Assembly (NCBI GenBank): GCA_964016885.1
Contig: OZ024743.1
Coordinates: 147,746,001-147,810,000 of the forward strand
Length of the DNA stretch: 64,000 nt
Direction: 5' to 3'
From: Eledone cirrhosa
Taxonomy: Eukaryota
Both the position numbers and the translations under genes were made by a program. Every line of letters begins with the position of its first letter. Positions within the stretch are counted from its first letter, which is position 1. The notes beneath the pieces are model-generated. The model worked only from the letters and a program-made list of their open reading frames with translations, was not told the origin of the DNA and did no database searches. Positions 27,335 to 43,273 of the stretch are shown here, in pieces.

Positions 27335-28014
27335 ATAATAATAAATTTGAAGACTAAAATCCAAAGAGGGCTCGATAAGGCTAAATATATATCAAATATA
27401 TAAGAACCGTAGAGAAAATATTTATTAAAATAACAGATTAAAGTTTAAGCAAAGAATCGCTGCTTTCACCCTTAACGGGATGTTCTGAAACTAACAAAGT
27501 CAATCTGTAAACGCAGAAGTGGATATTTCAAAAACGTTGCAACCGGAGGATGACAGGAAGACGATACTTTGGTTCATGGAAACGTTCCCTGGCAAAGAAC
27601 GGGAAAAAACGAATAAGATACGTCATTAATAGGAGCGGTGAAAAACAGTTACGCGCAAAGACAGAACCACGTTTATTGTATAAAAGAAGTCGTAGACTAA
27701 TGTTCTCTTAGGTGGGGCATAGAGACGTTCTCTGGCAATGAACGGAAAAAACGAAGATAATACGTCATATGTGGAGTATGGAGAACAATTGCAAGCGAAG
27801 ACAAAACCACGTAAATGGTATAGCTGAGGTCGTAGACTAAAATTCTAACTAGGAAACCGAATGAATCTCCGCTACAGTCTTCCTGTCTTCCTCCGGTTGC
27901 AACGTTTTTGGAAATATCCACTTCTGCGTTTACAGATTGACTTTGTGAGTTTCAGAAGATCCCGTTAAGGGTGAAAGCAGCGATTCTTTGCTTAAACTTT
28001 AATCTGTTATTTTA

Positions 28015-28021
<7 letters not shown>
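27330..28021. mobile_element. head-to-head family H pLTR pair with HHR-like motifs (27442-27492 minus, 27948-27998 plus)
   Basis: Inverted repeat 27419-27562 / 27877-28021; internal direct repeat ~27580-27700 / ~27722-27840; other fragments at 16811-16910 and 18914-19082. Confidence 0.8.
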
Positions 28022-28067
<46 letters not shown>

Positions 28068-28070
<3 letters not shown>

Positions 28071-28910
28071 TTCGTTTCTGAATTTGTTTAGCAAGATTCT
28101 TTATCTGAAAACGTGGGTTGAAACCGATATCGTTATGCTTTTGGAGGGTCATGTTGCTAATAAGAAACACACGCATCAGATGTTTCACTCCAATTTATTA
28201 TAAATTAAATTTATAAATTTAAGAATTTATAAATTTCCGGTTGGTTGGTTGGTTCCACAACCGGACGGTTGTTCATATATTGTCAAAGTTCTTTCTTCAC
28301 GCATTCTGTAACCCCTTCAGTGATTGGGATTCTTTTCTCTGTTTTTGTGCCTCTCCTTTGTTCTGTCCTACGCCATCTTGTTTGTGTGTGTGTTGTGTGC
28401 TTAGTTTGCGCATGTGTTACATTCGGGTGCCTTTGTGTGTTTATATTTGTTTATTTATTTCATTAGTTACATGTTACTGGCTAGTTGTTTGTTCTATGTG
28501 TGTGTGTGTTTTTATTTTGTCCTTAATTGTAAGAAATGACGCACTGTTTAGACAAATCACTGTTTAGACAAATCACTGTTTAGACAAATAAATAAACAAA
28601 TATAAACACAGACAGACACCCGGATGTAACACATACGCAAACTAAGCACACAGCACACACTAAAACAAGATGGCGTAGGACAGAACAAAGGAGAGGCACA
28701 AAAACAAAGAAAATAATCCCCAGTCACCGAAGAGGTCACAGAATGTGTCACGAAAGAACTTTGACAATATATGAACAACCGTCCAGTTGTCGAACCAACC
28801 AACCAACCAACCGGAAATTTAGAAATTTAATTTATAATAAATTGAAGTGAAAGCAACTGGTGCGTGTGTTACTTATTGGCAACATGACCCTCCCAAAGTA
28901 TAACAATATA
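28068..28910. repeat. ~330-bp imperfect inverted repeat (28128-28460 / 28587-28910)
   Basis: Arms are reverse complements; the ORF track shows near-identical peptides on opposite strands. Confidence 0.85.
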
Positions 28911-29066
28911 TATTGTAACGTCCAGTTACAGTAGGTTCATCGAAGTACATATATGGCCGACTGAATACGAACGTGTCAACAATTTGTGGCCCCAATTGTT
29001 TTCTCATTTCCCCGTTCCTTCCACTTATCACTTATTACTTACTATTTACCAAATATTTCTAACTCT

Positions 29067-29190
29067 GGCTTCTGATGAAGGACCAGTGTCCGAGACGTTT
29101 AGACTCTGTTCCTTTTATTTCAAGTTAAATTAATATATTTCTTCCATGTACTGTGCTGTTTGTCTTGTTATTTTTGTTATTACTTTTACA
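29067..29190 (+). ncRNA. decayed hammerhead (family E) plus pLTR tail into (CA)n
   Basis: CTGATGA a ggac cagt gtcc GA(G)AC GTT; core G-for-A change; tail matches arms of the 43868-43991 palindrome. Confidence 0.55.
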
Positions 29191-29334
29191 CACACGCACA
29201 TACACAGACACACACAGACACACACAGACACACACAGACACACACAGACACATACACACAAACACACACACACACACACAGACACACATATATATATATA
29301 TATGTATATGGTTATTGGTGGTCGCTTCATCTTT

Positions 29335-32300
29335 GCAGATGATTGCCGTCCCCCTATGCACCCCCATCGGCCGTCACCAACTCCAAACGCCAGTTCATGG
29401 CCTCTTCGGTTACTTTTAAGACGAGAGATTGATTAGCAGATCGTTTTGCACACCACACATGTTGTCTCATCTAGCATTGGAGAGATAGAGCTTCATAGAG
29501 TTGGCTTTTTATGTGATTTTAAATGAGTGATGTACCCAGATTTAGAGAACGATAAACGACCACACACCTCACAAATTCAGCTCCCTATTTTCTTATTGAG
29601 GTTCAAACTGTGGCCTTTTCGAAGCTGGCGTTTAAGTTTTTCATGGTCAAGACGTTTCTCTTCAAACATTCTGCAGCTTTCCTTCACATGTCCTCTCTTC
29701 ATTTACCCCCTCTTTAAAGCAAGCTCTTCCCAGTTCTGAACTTCAAACTGTAGATCTTTAAGTTTTCTTTTTTGCAATATTTATATATTTTTCTTGGTTT
29801 GTGCTGAGGGCGTTTCCCAGTGTGCAATTGATTGTAAAATAATAGTTGTTTTGGGAGTCTTACCTCATTCATACACCCAACGCATTTGAGAGGATATTAT
29901 GGTAGATTCAATGCTCATGTAACGAGCATCGATAAGGATTTGTGTATCAGGTATTTTTTGTTGTCATTTGTTGTCTAGGATTCGTCTTAAATACTTTCGG
30001 TTAAAGTACTTTAGCAAAATGAGGTGTTCTTCAATGTACTGTCCACGATTCCGAAGAGTATAACTGAGCACTCAGAATGCAGCCCTTGTACACACTAATG
30101 TTGATCTTGATATTGATGCTATGATCCGTCCACACCGTCTTATCAAGTTTTTTACGAAGGCTACAGAGGCCTTCTGAATGCACAGGTGTATTTCTTCATC
30201 CAGTGAACCATCCTTTGATAATGCCCTACCCAGTTAAACAAAAGTGTCAACTACACCCAACCTAGTTCCGTGCACCATTATATCTGGCTCAATATATGCT
30301 TCCCCTGTTGATGGGGTGAACAATACCTTGGTCGTTGTTAGATCAATTTTCATGTCAAAGGCATTACAAGAAGCTGCAAAACAATCCATGATGTGTTGAT
30401 TGTCATCTTGAGAGTAAGCCTGAAAGTCAACATCGGCTGTTCTCTAATTAATATTTGGAACACTTTGGATTTGAAATTGAACCTTCTTAGGTCAAAGATC
30501 ATTCCTGTAGTTCTAACTTGCAATAGTACACCGTTTGCACATTTCTGAAATGCATGAGGCAGAATCACAGCCAAACATATTGAACAGTGTGGGAGCCGGG
30601 ATATCTCCCTGCTTCACGCCATTATCAACTGGAATTTCATTGGACAATTCTCAATTCAAAATAACGCCAGCCTTTATATTTCAGTGCAGTCGGACGAACA
30701 TATCAATAAACTTTCGTGGGCACCCTATTTTCCCTAATAGTTTCCACAGTGCACCTCTGTTAACCGTATCAAACGCCTTTGTCAGATCAACAAAACCTGA
30801 TACAGAGGGTCCCGCTGCTCAATACATTTCTCCTGTATCTGCCTTCCACAGATAATCATATCAATCGTCCCCATGCCAGATCTAAAGCCATTTTGTGATT
30901 CAGGGATTACTGTAGATAAACGTCGTCCATCAACCTGTTCAACAATAATCTAGCAAGTACTTTGCCCACGGACTCCAAAAGAGTAATGCCACGGTAGTGA
31001 TCGTAGATTCCTTTATCCCATTTACCATTAAACAGGGCCACCAACATAACATCTATCCAATCTTGTGGTATAGGCGCTCCATGCTAGCACTCTGTGATGA
31101 GATGGAGTATTGTTTGCGTTATGTTCTTATTACCAACCTTTAACAATTCCACAGGATTCCATCTGATCCCGGTGCCTTACCCGTATTTAACTGGTTGATG
31201 GCCATTTTAATCTCATTATAATCTGGTAATCGATCCATTTTTAAATTTACAACACATTGGGGGATCTAGCACATCATATTCAACTAATGATGGATTAACA
31301 AATAAATCAATGAAATGTTATTGGCAACGCTTAAGGATTTTCTCTGATTCCTTGATGACGGCAGTGTCGTCTTTGGACCTTATGGGAACAATAGACGAAG
31401 TTGTTGGACCATATGCTGTACGCAAAAGACTATAAAACAGTTTTGAATCCTTTGCATTATAAGCACTTTGATTAGCTTCAGAGATCTTCAACCACCCTTT
31501 ATTTTAAGCCTTCTTAGCTCGCGTTGTAATGTGGTTTTATATTCTTTATATGTCTTTTTAATAGCAGTTAAATTCGCAGGGCACTCTCCCAGAAGATTTT
31601 CAGGAAGAGCATGTTTTTTTTCTTTAATAGTTGGCTGATAACTAGATTATTATCATCAAACCTGTCTTTATGTTGTTTTATCGCCCTGAATCCAAGTTCT
31701 TCTGCTCCTGCTTTATTCAACTGATCCTTGAAGTTTATCCACATTCCATCGAAATCAATATTATTCAAACGTTTATTCAAAGCCTCACGTACCTCATGCT
31801 GTTTTAACTTTCCAAGATCAATACACTTCAGTGTTTTGATCCCACATATACGAGATTTTTTCCGAATACGTAGTTTAATCTCCCCCCGAACCATCTTATG
31901 GTCTGCGTTACGTTCTACACTACACATGACGCTCACATTACTGACATCATTCAGGTCGCATCTCCGGATTACTATGAAATCTATCACGTGGCCATATTTT
32001 TATATTGGGGTATCCAGGTAAATTTATGATTCTTCTTTTGGCGAAGAATGTATTGCAAATTACTAGGTTGAATTCCAAACAGAACTCAAGCGACTTCAAA
32101 CCATTGACATTCTTATTACCGACGCCGCCGTAATGGCCTAGTGCATCCCATGTCTCATGGTTTCTGCCAACTTGGGCATTGGAATCACGAAGAATGATCG
32201 CTTTTTCTTCGACTGGAGTAGATGAAATTGTAGCAGGAGGGGATTTATAGAATGTCATAATACTTTCTTCACTGACCTGGAGAGTTGGAGCATAATCTGA

Positions 32301-32965
32301 CAGAATTTTTGCACATCGCCCACATGCAAGTGGAATGCACAACTTCATTATACAGTCACTGATTCTAGAGGGGCACTCTAAATGTTGTGCTAGAGTTTCT
32401 CGCACTGCAAAACGTACACTACAATCTCGCCATTCTCCTTTCAGTTTCTCTGTCCAGAAGTGAAACCTGATGATGCTTCAGTCAGCTGATCACACTCTGA
32501 TAGACGTGTTTCTGACAAGGCTGTAATATCTATATTTAATCTTTGGAATTCGTTTGTTATCAGTGCAGTTCTTCTTTCTGATCGGTTTGATCAGTTTTGA
32601 TCGAGATGGTTTCTGAAATTCCAGCAGAAAATATTTAGTTTGATTCGATTGTTCATGAATGTTTTATTTCGTAGTTCACCTTTTCTTTTCCTACTTGAAT
32701 GAACCGCAGTAAACTATACAACGTTGATGTGACAGGCAATTTTCAATGCACCTTTAATAGCATCTTCCCAAGAATTTGGGTAAGCAGTGCTCATCCTGAT
32801 AGAGCTGCTCTGACACAGGCGTCTCAACCGGAGTTAGCCCCCACTGTCAGGAAGACATAACAACAATGTTATGATAAGACTCCTGCGGCCTATGTGTAGA
32901 TTTTCAGCTATATGCTTCCAACTGGTCGGATGTGCATACGTCACCGCTCCTCTATCGCCATAGGA
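29335..32965 (-). mobile_element. decayed near-complete RTE-clade LINE (APE, RT, C2H2 fingers)
   Basis: YAPTL..SEE, LEFCLEFNLVICNTF, IDFIVIRR.DLNDV, DHKMV, FVDLTKAFDTVNR..LW, GVKQG, C-terminal CEVCG...H; many stops and frameshifts. Confidence 0.85.
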
Positions 32966-33454
32966 GATTCAACTGTAAAAATGACAGATGAGAAAATCAC
33001 AGTTAATCATTTTGTTGTGAAAATAATGTTACGTTTTAAAAAAATGATAGCCTTTAGTATGGAAACATATTTGCGCTTGTATACATAAACTAAATTACAG
33101 CTTGAGGACTTATGGTTTTATATTAGATTTCTTTTGTTGCTTTAATCAACTTGCATGATGCTTAACGCTCACGCTTTCCGTTGTCCAACTAATGGACATA
33201 TAATGCATATATTTCTTTTTAGGGGACTGTTTTAATATCTATAATTTTTCTATCATTAGCTGGTGTCTTTGGGGAATGCATTCCCCAAAACTAATATTGA
33301 TTTCCTTAAGAGATTTCGTGATATGTGATTGCAATTGTTTATTGATTTCACTTATCATTATTTGTGTTTTGCGATTGTATTCTGTTAAAATTGAAACGAA
33401 CATAGAAATCAATAATAACTTGAAGTGTTATCTTCGGTTTCTAAAATAAAATAG

Positions 33455-33573
<119 letters not shown>

Positions 33574-33600
33574 TGTGTGCGTGCGTGTGTGTGTGTGTGC

Positions 33601-33632
<32 letters not shown>

Positions 33633-34752
33633 GTGTATGTGTGTGTGTGTGCCTATGTAGGCGTGTGTGTGTGTGTGTATTTTATACACATTTCTCATTT
33701 ACGCCCACTGCTTAATTGGTGTAAATCTTTCCGTACCTGAAATATTCGAAATATTGATTAGACAAATTCAAGTTAAATTCTCGTATAATATATTAAATCA
33801 CTTACAATTTGTGTTTGAACTATTTCTCGTATGTCAATGGCAAATATTATAAACTAAAATGACAATACTTACGACAGCACAAACAATATTATTTTAGAAA
33901 ATTGGTTAAATAGATAAGCAACAATATGTGCAACAACAACATGAAAAACCAATGGGAATTTATGAGAAATAAAGTCGAGGAGAAATAAATGTACAAATTG
34001 AAAGATATCAATGAGATACGAAAGAAGTTTAATAGGAAGTGTGGCAGAAAGAAATAATAAATGAAAGGAAATATATAAAAAGGAATATGGAAAAGAAGTA
34101 AGGCAGACAGGACTAAAAAGCCAAGAAACAAAGAAAAAAGTAAAGAAGGTAACACAGAAAAAGAGAAAGAGAGAAAGAAATAAAGAAAGTAAAACAGAAA
34201 AAAGAAAGAAAGTAATAAAGCAAAAAAAAAAAGATTCATTAACACAAAGAACAATAAGTTGAGTTCCCGCAACAACAACCTCATCCTCACCAACTACAGT
34301 TACAATATCAACGAAGCAAAAACAAGCTCGAAATAAAAATGCTAATAATGAATAACAGCAGAACAGCTACAACAATATTAACCATAATTACTGCAACAAC
34401 TATAACCAAAACAAAAAATATTCAATGCATAATTTTATTGAAAAGAAAAATATTACAAATAAACCCAGATAATAGGTTTATTTTGTCAGATTAAGTGTAA
34501 TTATTGTTGTTTGTCATGTAGTCATTTGAATATATCTCTCTCCACCAGTCTCTCTCTCTCTCTTTCTCATAAATATATAAATATATATGTTTATATGTGT
34601 TGATGTGTGTAATTTTAGAGGTGTTTATAGGAGTGTTTATATCAGTATATACGTTATGTAAGTGTATATTGAATATTATATGTTGTATAAAACAACAGAC
34701 ATCCATGTGTAACCATTCAGGCATTGACACTTCGTTTCTTCTTCTTCTTCTT

Positions 34753-34784
<32 letters not shown>

Positions 34785-37332
34785 GGAGGTTTTGGCGAGA
34801 ATATTTTTGCAATATACTTTCATATTATGGTTGTGTATGGCGTTCCCTTCAACATATCTTATATTTTTCATCTTCACGAATATCTCTTTCATAGATTGCA
34901 TTGCACAATGATTTGGTACAACAACGTATCCCATGGGCAGATATTATCGTGATTACATTTCAGAATTGCTGCTTATAATGTGTTTCTTCAATGTTAGTTC
35001 CACGAAGTCTGCATCAGATTTGGAATCTAATTGTTTTACCTTCAAACGAATCCCTTTTTTGTACCAGGTTTTTCAATGTTATTTCTTGTCCCTGTGTTTC
35101 AAGAGCTTAACCTAACAGTGAGCAATTGATAGTCCAAAGTGAATACTTTAGTTATCTGTTCCTATCTCTCTGAAGCTTTCTCCTAGCGGAACCTCATTTG
35201 TGATTGCAATATTCATTTTCACCGAGTATGATCATTAGCCCAGAAGTACTTTGCCAGGAGCTCTTTTCCATGTATGTACGTATGTATATATGTTTTTAAA
35301 ATTGGAAGGAGACATCGGATAATGTCATCCGAGGTGTATTATAACAGAAAATTATTGTTATAAGTGGAAGAAATTTGATCAAATATAAACTCCATCAGAC
35401 TTATCTGAAACCAACTGTTCAATGGTCGCAGCTTTAAAGTCAACGGTGGTCTGGTGGCCATAAAGCCTTTAAATATAATAAACATAAAATATATCTCGTA
35501 AACTGAGAAATAGTTGAATGTTTGTTACATTAAATTAACTAACATAAAATACAAAATATAGGTTTCCTCGAAAGAAACTTAATTTATTTATTACGGAAAA
35601 CATTCTCGAAGATAATACCGCATCCTTATATCCAACCTCAAATAATGATGTCATTCATAATATGATTAATATATGTCTGTATAATTTCTTAAACAAATTT
35701 TCATAATTTTTTTCTCCTCTCCGAAGCTATTGAAAGTTGTAAACATTTAAAGTAACATCAGTCACCAGCTACTCTCTCCTTGAATTATGTTTCCTCTGTT
35801 TTATCCTTTGCCCTTTCGTGCAAACCTTTCCATTTTAGTGGCTCTATTGCATTTTTTGAATGAATAAATCAACGAAACAAACACAATTTGAGATTTGTAT
35901 TATTGCTGGAATTTCCTTTACAATTAATAGATATGTCCCATTAGGTATTAATATAATGGTGTTTTTCTTTAAGATCTTGTTCTGAGTATTAAACCTAACC
36001 AGCTCGATTAACTCTTGAGCTGTATATAATGGTGACCCTTATAAACCTAACAACGAGATACTTGGAAAAACAGTTGGAAACACTTTTACCTTAGGATCGA
36101 TTGATTATAACCTACTGGAAGCTAAAGAACAATAACCACGACACCAAACCTGACACGGAGAGGTCAAAAAGGAATATTCTATATCATCGCTTGGTGTGCT
36201 AGAAATAACAGGCAGACGTTTCTCGAATCTCGCCATATAATCTTTAAAAAGTGGATATTGAATAATAGTTCTGTGTACACTTAATTTAGGAAAGATGGGA
36301 AAATTAAGATTAGAATATAGTAGATCATAGGCTTGCATTATTGGATCTAAGCTCAATTTAAACAAAAACTACATCTATAACAACAACCTTCTCTGACCTG
36401 TCGCTAATAATCAAGAATGTTAGGAAAAGATGCTAAGAATGTTACAAGCCTAACATACTGAATGATTTACTAATAGATATTGAAACTTTCTAGAGCATCT
36501 TTAACTTTAAAAACAAATTAAAACCTTCGCACAGATTTGGGACAGTGGCCTAGCAAGGATTCGCTGCGTTCAGTCGCAATGTTGGCACACCTACCTATAT
36601 TAACAGGTACGATAGACCAACGGGAAATATTCGTCCTCTCAAATCTGTGCCTGGGACGATTACTACTTTATATATATATATACAACTCTGAAAGGGAATA
36701 TTTTAAAACTAATATCCACGTCTCGACAAACGCAGACCGCACATGATGTTCCTCCTTCTCGCCAAGGAAGGGCTATGTTTGAAAGGTCAGGAAATTTTAC
36801 TCTAAAAAATATAAATTAAATAGTATTATACTTTATTAATAAGATAATTTTTTCTCCTCATTCGTCTACTATTCTTCTACATCTTTACCTCCCTTCTGTT
36901 GTCCTCCTCATCACCATTACCATACATTTATGTGTGACATTAATTGTTTAGAGGGAATACATTTAAAGTATATGTGTTTATCTGTCATATACAAAAGATG
37001 AACTCATGTCTGTCAGTTCCGAGTTTAGAAATATATTTCGTTTTCACAATTGTAATTGAAAAGCAATGCGTAGTATATTTAAAGGTTTAGACTTTTTTCA
37101 AACATACTTATAACTAAGAACAAAAAAAAACAAACAATTTTAAAATTAATCTTAGTCATTATATTATAAATTTCTAAGATATAAATTCACATCAATTTGT
37201 TAAATTGGGACACACATGAAAATCTCATTATTTCAACTTCTTGTTTAAATTTATTCCTTATTTCTAAATTTTGTTGTCCATCTCAAACGCAGTTCAGTTA
37301 AGTTGAATATAATATAGTGTCTGGTGTTATGT

Positions 37333-37486
<154 letters not shown>

Positions 37487-39591
37487 ACACAGACACACAC
37501 ACACACATTCCTACATACATGTATATATACGTCTGCATAATCATGCAGATTTTCAGTTACCTTGGATACAGGGCATATACACAAGAAGAAAGAATCAGAA
37601 TGATAAAAAGAATAAGGAAAATAACATATTATTCAAAGACGCGAATACGAATTTTATTATGAAAATAAACCAAATAATTAGATTGATTATAACAATGGTT
37701 TAAATATGATAAAATCACCGTGGTTTTGTATACTTTCCCATGAAATACTTTAAAATAAATCAGAATTTAGAGATATATTACAACTCACCTTTCAGATTGT
37801 GTTTGAGCTATATGACATATTGTGCTATATTTTTCTGGGGTTGCTATGACACAACAATGTAAGAAAAAAGATCCCGAAGATTTGTAATATATGAAAAGTT
37901 ATACTATTTCTGTGAAAGATATATAACATTTTTTATATAAGCATAACATTAATATAAAAACACGGCAAAAAGAAGAATGCTACACTGCCTTGCACAACAA
38001 AAACAAAAAAAAGCAAGCATGCAGACATCTTATAAGAAAGAGGAGAAAATATGTCCATATTGCTTTCCCGGAAGTACTATGTAAGTGAAACTATTTTATT
38101 AAATATATGTGTGACGGCATGTGTGTAAGTGAATCTATGAATGTCTATATATTTCTGAGTTTACAAAAATGAAAATGAGGCCCTAAAATATTGTTAGTAG
38201 GTCGTAATTTTTCAAGTCATGAAACTATTTCGCCAAAAATTCTTTGACAATACTTGTTAAGGTTCCTTCTATTAACAACATAGTTAAATTCTCTTATCCT
38301 GTGTCGTACCGTCTTTGACTCTATAAAACCATATGGTTTGGTCTACATTTGACCTTCCAATTTTTCTTTCAAATAACACTATCACATCTATTATATAATA
38401 TTAATTTTAACCATAAATCTTTAAACCATTCATATTATATGTTATCAAGATTAACATCATGAATATTTGTAATTATATTATATGCTAAATGCTTTTTTTA
38501 AAGATAGTAGGAGAGGAATAGGTTACTAACTTTAGCAGGTACGATGATTGCACAGTGACTCCCTCTGACGTTAGTAAATTTGTTCATTATTATGAATGAA
38601 ATAGAGAATTAATGTTAATCAAAATAAACTGTAAACACTTTGCTTTTGATCGTATATAAAATGAATAGAAAACAAAAGGGGCGTGGATTTTCTGGCCCTT
38701 CACGAAGCAATACGACAATATAGTAAGTACGTTGGCAGACCCGTAATCTTCCATCCAATTTGGGGTGGGTGAGAGATGTCTTCTCTTGTGAAAATGGGTA
38801 TAGATTTTATTATGTAACCCCTCACCCCCCACCGCCACCGCTTTATTTTTTGCCAGTTTTGGTTCCCTTTTTTCAAGGTAATCCCCGTTTGGGTATGTAG
38901 ATGTTGGCAGGTCTGCATAGGGCATGTTTACATTTAGAGATGGCTGGAACTTTGCGATGGGGGAAGGCTTTTTTTTTCATCCATTCGCTGCTTCTGTAAC
39001 TATTCAATAGACTTTAAATGGGACAAGCTATTAAAATACCATGTAATCTCTACAGAAGAAAATATATTAGGTCGAATTATTAATATTCAACGGGAAAAAT
39101 ACACTGATCTCTAAATAAATCTAGAAGGATGAATGCAACACAAAAAAGGGGCCAACTAATATCTTCTCAACTAAATGACTGGTCAGAATTTGAAATTTTT
39201 TTACTGACTGAGTGCTACAGATAATGTAAGAAAGCTTTTATTAATAAAGCCATGCTTACGCATTCCATTCATATTTGCTTAGTAACAAGTAACCTTAGAG
39301 TCTGAAACTTCTTGGTGAATAGCCACACGTGTATCCATCTCTATTATAAAAAAAAAATGCTAAAGGATTACATTTGATCAATACACATGTATATGTAGAA
39401 AAAACTTATATGTAAACAGAAAGAGAGAGCGAGAGAATGAGAGAGAGTGAGAGAGAGAGATATATAGAGAGAGAGAAGATCGAGAGAGAATATGTGCGTA
39501 TGTAAGAGAGAAAGACATGCAGATTAACAAATGAATATTTTGCAAACACATAAAACACACGTACGTATGTACTGTATGTATACCATATATG

Positions 39592-39635
<44 letters not shown>

Positions 39636-39654
39636 CCCCCCCCCACACACACAC

Positions 39655-39686
<32 letters not shown>

Positions 39687-40905
39687 GGATACATATATGG
39701 AGTGTTGTGTATATGTGTGTGTAAGGGAAATAGATAAATTAGAAGCGAGACACTTAGACATACGAAACATTTTTCCTTATGCAATTTTTTTTTTACTTTC
39801 TTCCTCCTTTTTTGCGATACACTCACATTATGTTCACTAAATACAATGCCAACCTACCATTTCTTATTATAATCTATATGTCCATCTATATTTTCTTTCA
39901 ATATCGTGCCTCATACCTTTTAAACCATTCTGGCAATGACTCCATACCAAATATATTTCATCCGCTTTGTTTTTACTTCTATATACTTAGTTTCGTTTTT
40001 GTTGTTGCATACAAATCTCTCTAAATGTGCATCTTAGTTTTGCCAAACCCTATCCACCCTTCATTTTTCTTCTACTATATTAACGACTCAATGAACCATT
40101 CTTATATTATATAACTTGGTATTATCTACAAAAGACACTAATGATTTTTTTTCTCCCTTATATCGACAGAGGAAACATTGTAGTTATTACTGTTGTTATT
40201 TGTTTGCTTATGCCGGATAATGCTTTTAACAATAATAATAATAATATCTAGAATGATAGTGATGAGAATAAGGATGATAATAATATCATTATTATTATTT
40301 TTGTTGTTGACCTTAGCGTTCATATTGGTGGCGATGGTGCAGTTGATGGTGGGTCTATTGGTGTTTATCGTTTTTAGACATTGCTAAAGAGCTTTTAAAT
40401 CTTCTGAATGAAGATTATTTTGTATTAATATAAATAATAATGTAAAGAAGAGCAATAAAATAGTAATTGCAGCTACCATAGCAGCAGAAGTAATGCTAGA
40501 GTTAGGAGTATGGAGACGAGTAAGAAGTGTAGGAAGAGTTATGTCTCCCCCCAAAAACAAACAACAGCCTTATGAACAACAGAGCGAACAATATGATGGA
40601 AAATGTTATTAGCAAAATAATATGAATGACTATACTCATAAACATAAATGTTAAGAGGCAGGTGAGTTTATCTTATATATATATGGGCATGATTATATAC
40701 GCGCTAGCCGTCCGACAAAAAGAGATTGATAAATCAAATACAAGACTTAAATAAATATACACAAAGCTCTATTTGATCTAATAAATCCCTTTCTTGTGAT
40801 TCCACTACGTGGCCGCTGTGTAATGACTGAAACTAGGAAAGTAAGAAAGGAATAATATTATCTATCTATATCAACATACAAACCCACACATGCACACATA
40901 GACGG

Positions 40906-41014
<109 letters not shown>

Positions 41015-41151
41015 TCTATCTATCTATCTATCTCTCTCTCTATATATATATATATATAGATAGATAGATAGATATTTATATATATATATATAACGAAAGA
41101 AGTGTGGTAAGGAACCAGATGGACATATATATGTTCATATATATATATATG

Positions 41152-41262
<111 letters not shown>

Positions 41263-41783
41263 CTGTGTGTGTGTGTGTACCTATATGTGTATCTATGTCT
41301 GTATATATATATATATATACACACACACACATATACACATACATAATTTCCACATGGATTTATTTATATATTTACTTTTACACATCTATATGTCATGTGT
41401 GTAGGTATGAGTGTGTTTTGTTTGTATGTATGTGTGCATTTATGTATTTATGTTTATATTTGTTTATATGTGTACTAAGACAAGAATGCCCCTCAGCCAA
41501 AATCAAGCTTTATGAAAAACATCGATTTTTTTGAAGCATGAAGATTTTATTGCATATTATAAATAACGATAGGGTAATGTATCTTTATCACTGAACTAAA
41601 CGAAATTTCCACGAAACAAAAAAAAAGCAGTTGGATTTAGAAAATAAAAATATGAATTAAACTTCACCCGACATTACCTTCTAACAAGGCTTCAATACCT
41701 TATCAATATCTGACCAACATCAAAAATAAAAACTAATCTAAAAACTAACAACGTAGAAGAAGAAGAAGAAGAAGAAGAAGAAG

Positions 41784-41814
<31 letters not shown>

Positions 41815-42341
41815 GAGATTCAAGTTAGGAAAATCAACAACAAAAACAATACCAACTAAAGCAACTATATCTATAAAAAACATACAGTTATTATAGGTCA
41901 CAATTTTTGAACTGTTATATTAATATAGACCAATAGAGAAAGAATAAAGTAAACTAATGGCGTCCAAACTGAGGTAACACATATGTACAAGTAAACACGA
42001 ATACATGTCCATGCACGGGCATACACAAACGCACACTCACGTACATATACTCGTATCTCTCTATACATATTAAATGACAATAATAATAATGGTTTCTTTA
42101 TTCTAATAAAAAATAGAAAGACAAGAAAAACAAAAGATGCAAATAGAGTAAATAAACATAAATAAAAGAGAAACGGAGTAGGAAACCCTAACTTAATTTG
42201 ATAAGCTGTCTTTATAAGGAATAATCTTGAATAAGCACCTTTTAAGAGATTAGAGCATTCAGCTGACATTAGTAAACTTTTATGTACATTGTCCCATTAC
42301 AACATCGTCTTCAACTTAGCACACAACATTCTGCCACACCA

Positions 42342-42419
<78 letters not shown>

Positions 42420-43242
42420 GGAGGTGTCTATACATATGAGTACATTTTACTCATGTCTGAATAACCAAGCATACTCCCATAATCTTCTAAATATCCTCTG
42501 CCACCACTTAGTTTTTGATAGGGAAGATAACTTCTTATTGCTTAATTTGACTCTATTCCCTACCGCCAATGCTATCACTAGCAGCAGGAGCACGACAACC
42601 ACCAACACCACCACGATAGGACATGTTCGTCCACTACAATAACTTCTACGTAACTGTAAAAGTAGCTGTAACAGGAGCCACCATCATCATCACCACCACT
42701 AACACCACTACTAGCATCACATACTCTACAATACGCCTGCCCCACTACCATAACCATTATTTAACTGGGCAAGCAGCAGTGGCGGGATCCACAAACACAA
42801 TTACAACTGCACCATCACCACCACCACCACCAACAACAACAACAATACCAACACCCACCAGCCGCATGACAGCTCAGTGTCAGGACCAGGTTTAGCCACA
42901 ATTCCACCCAAAACTCCAAAACTGTGATCACTGCCAACAACACCTCAACAAACGTCATTAGCTCTAGCCACTGTATTATCACCACCATAAACATGTTTTT
43001 ACCTCACAATCAGCCCCAACACTACCACCAAGTCAAGAGTACCAGCACCACTAACAAACGATCACAAGCTTAAGAATGAGTAGTTCTATCATCAAAACAA
43101 GCTTTACACATGAACCACTTCACTGCCACCAATACTATTATCGCAACAGCCATTGATATCAATGCATTTTGATAAATTCCATGCTACATCATTGTCATAC
43201 TAATCATCCAGCAAAAGGATGCATACACACATGCACCTCAAC

Positions 43243-43273
<31 letters not shown>

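Noticed and set aside
38040-38930. Possible promoter (CCGGAAGT, GGGGCGTGG, CCAAT)
   Set aside because: Isolated short motifs are expected by chance and no linked gene was found
42560-43160. Mucin-like Thr/Pro-rich ORFs
   Set aside because: Degenerate (CAC/CAA)n low-complexity DNA
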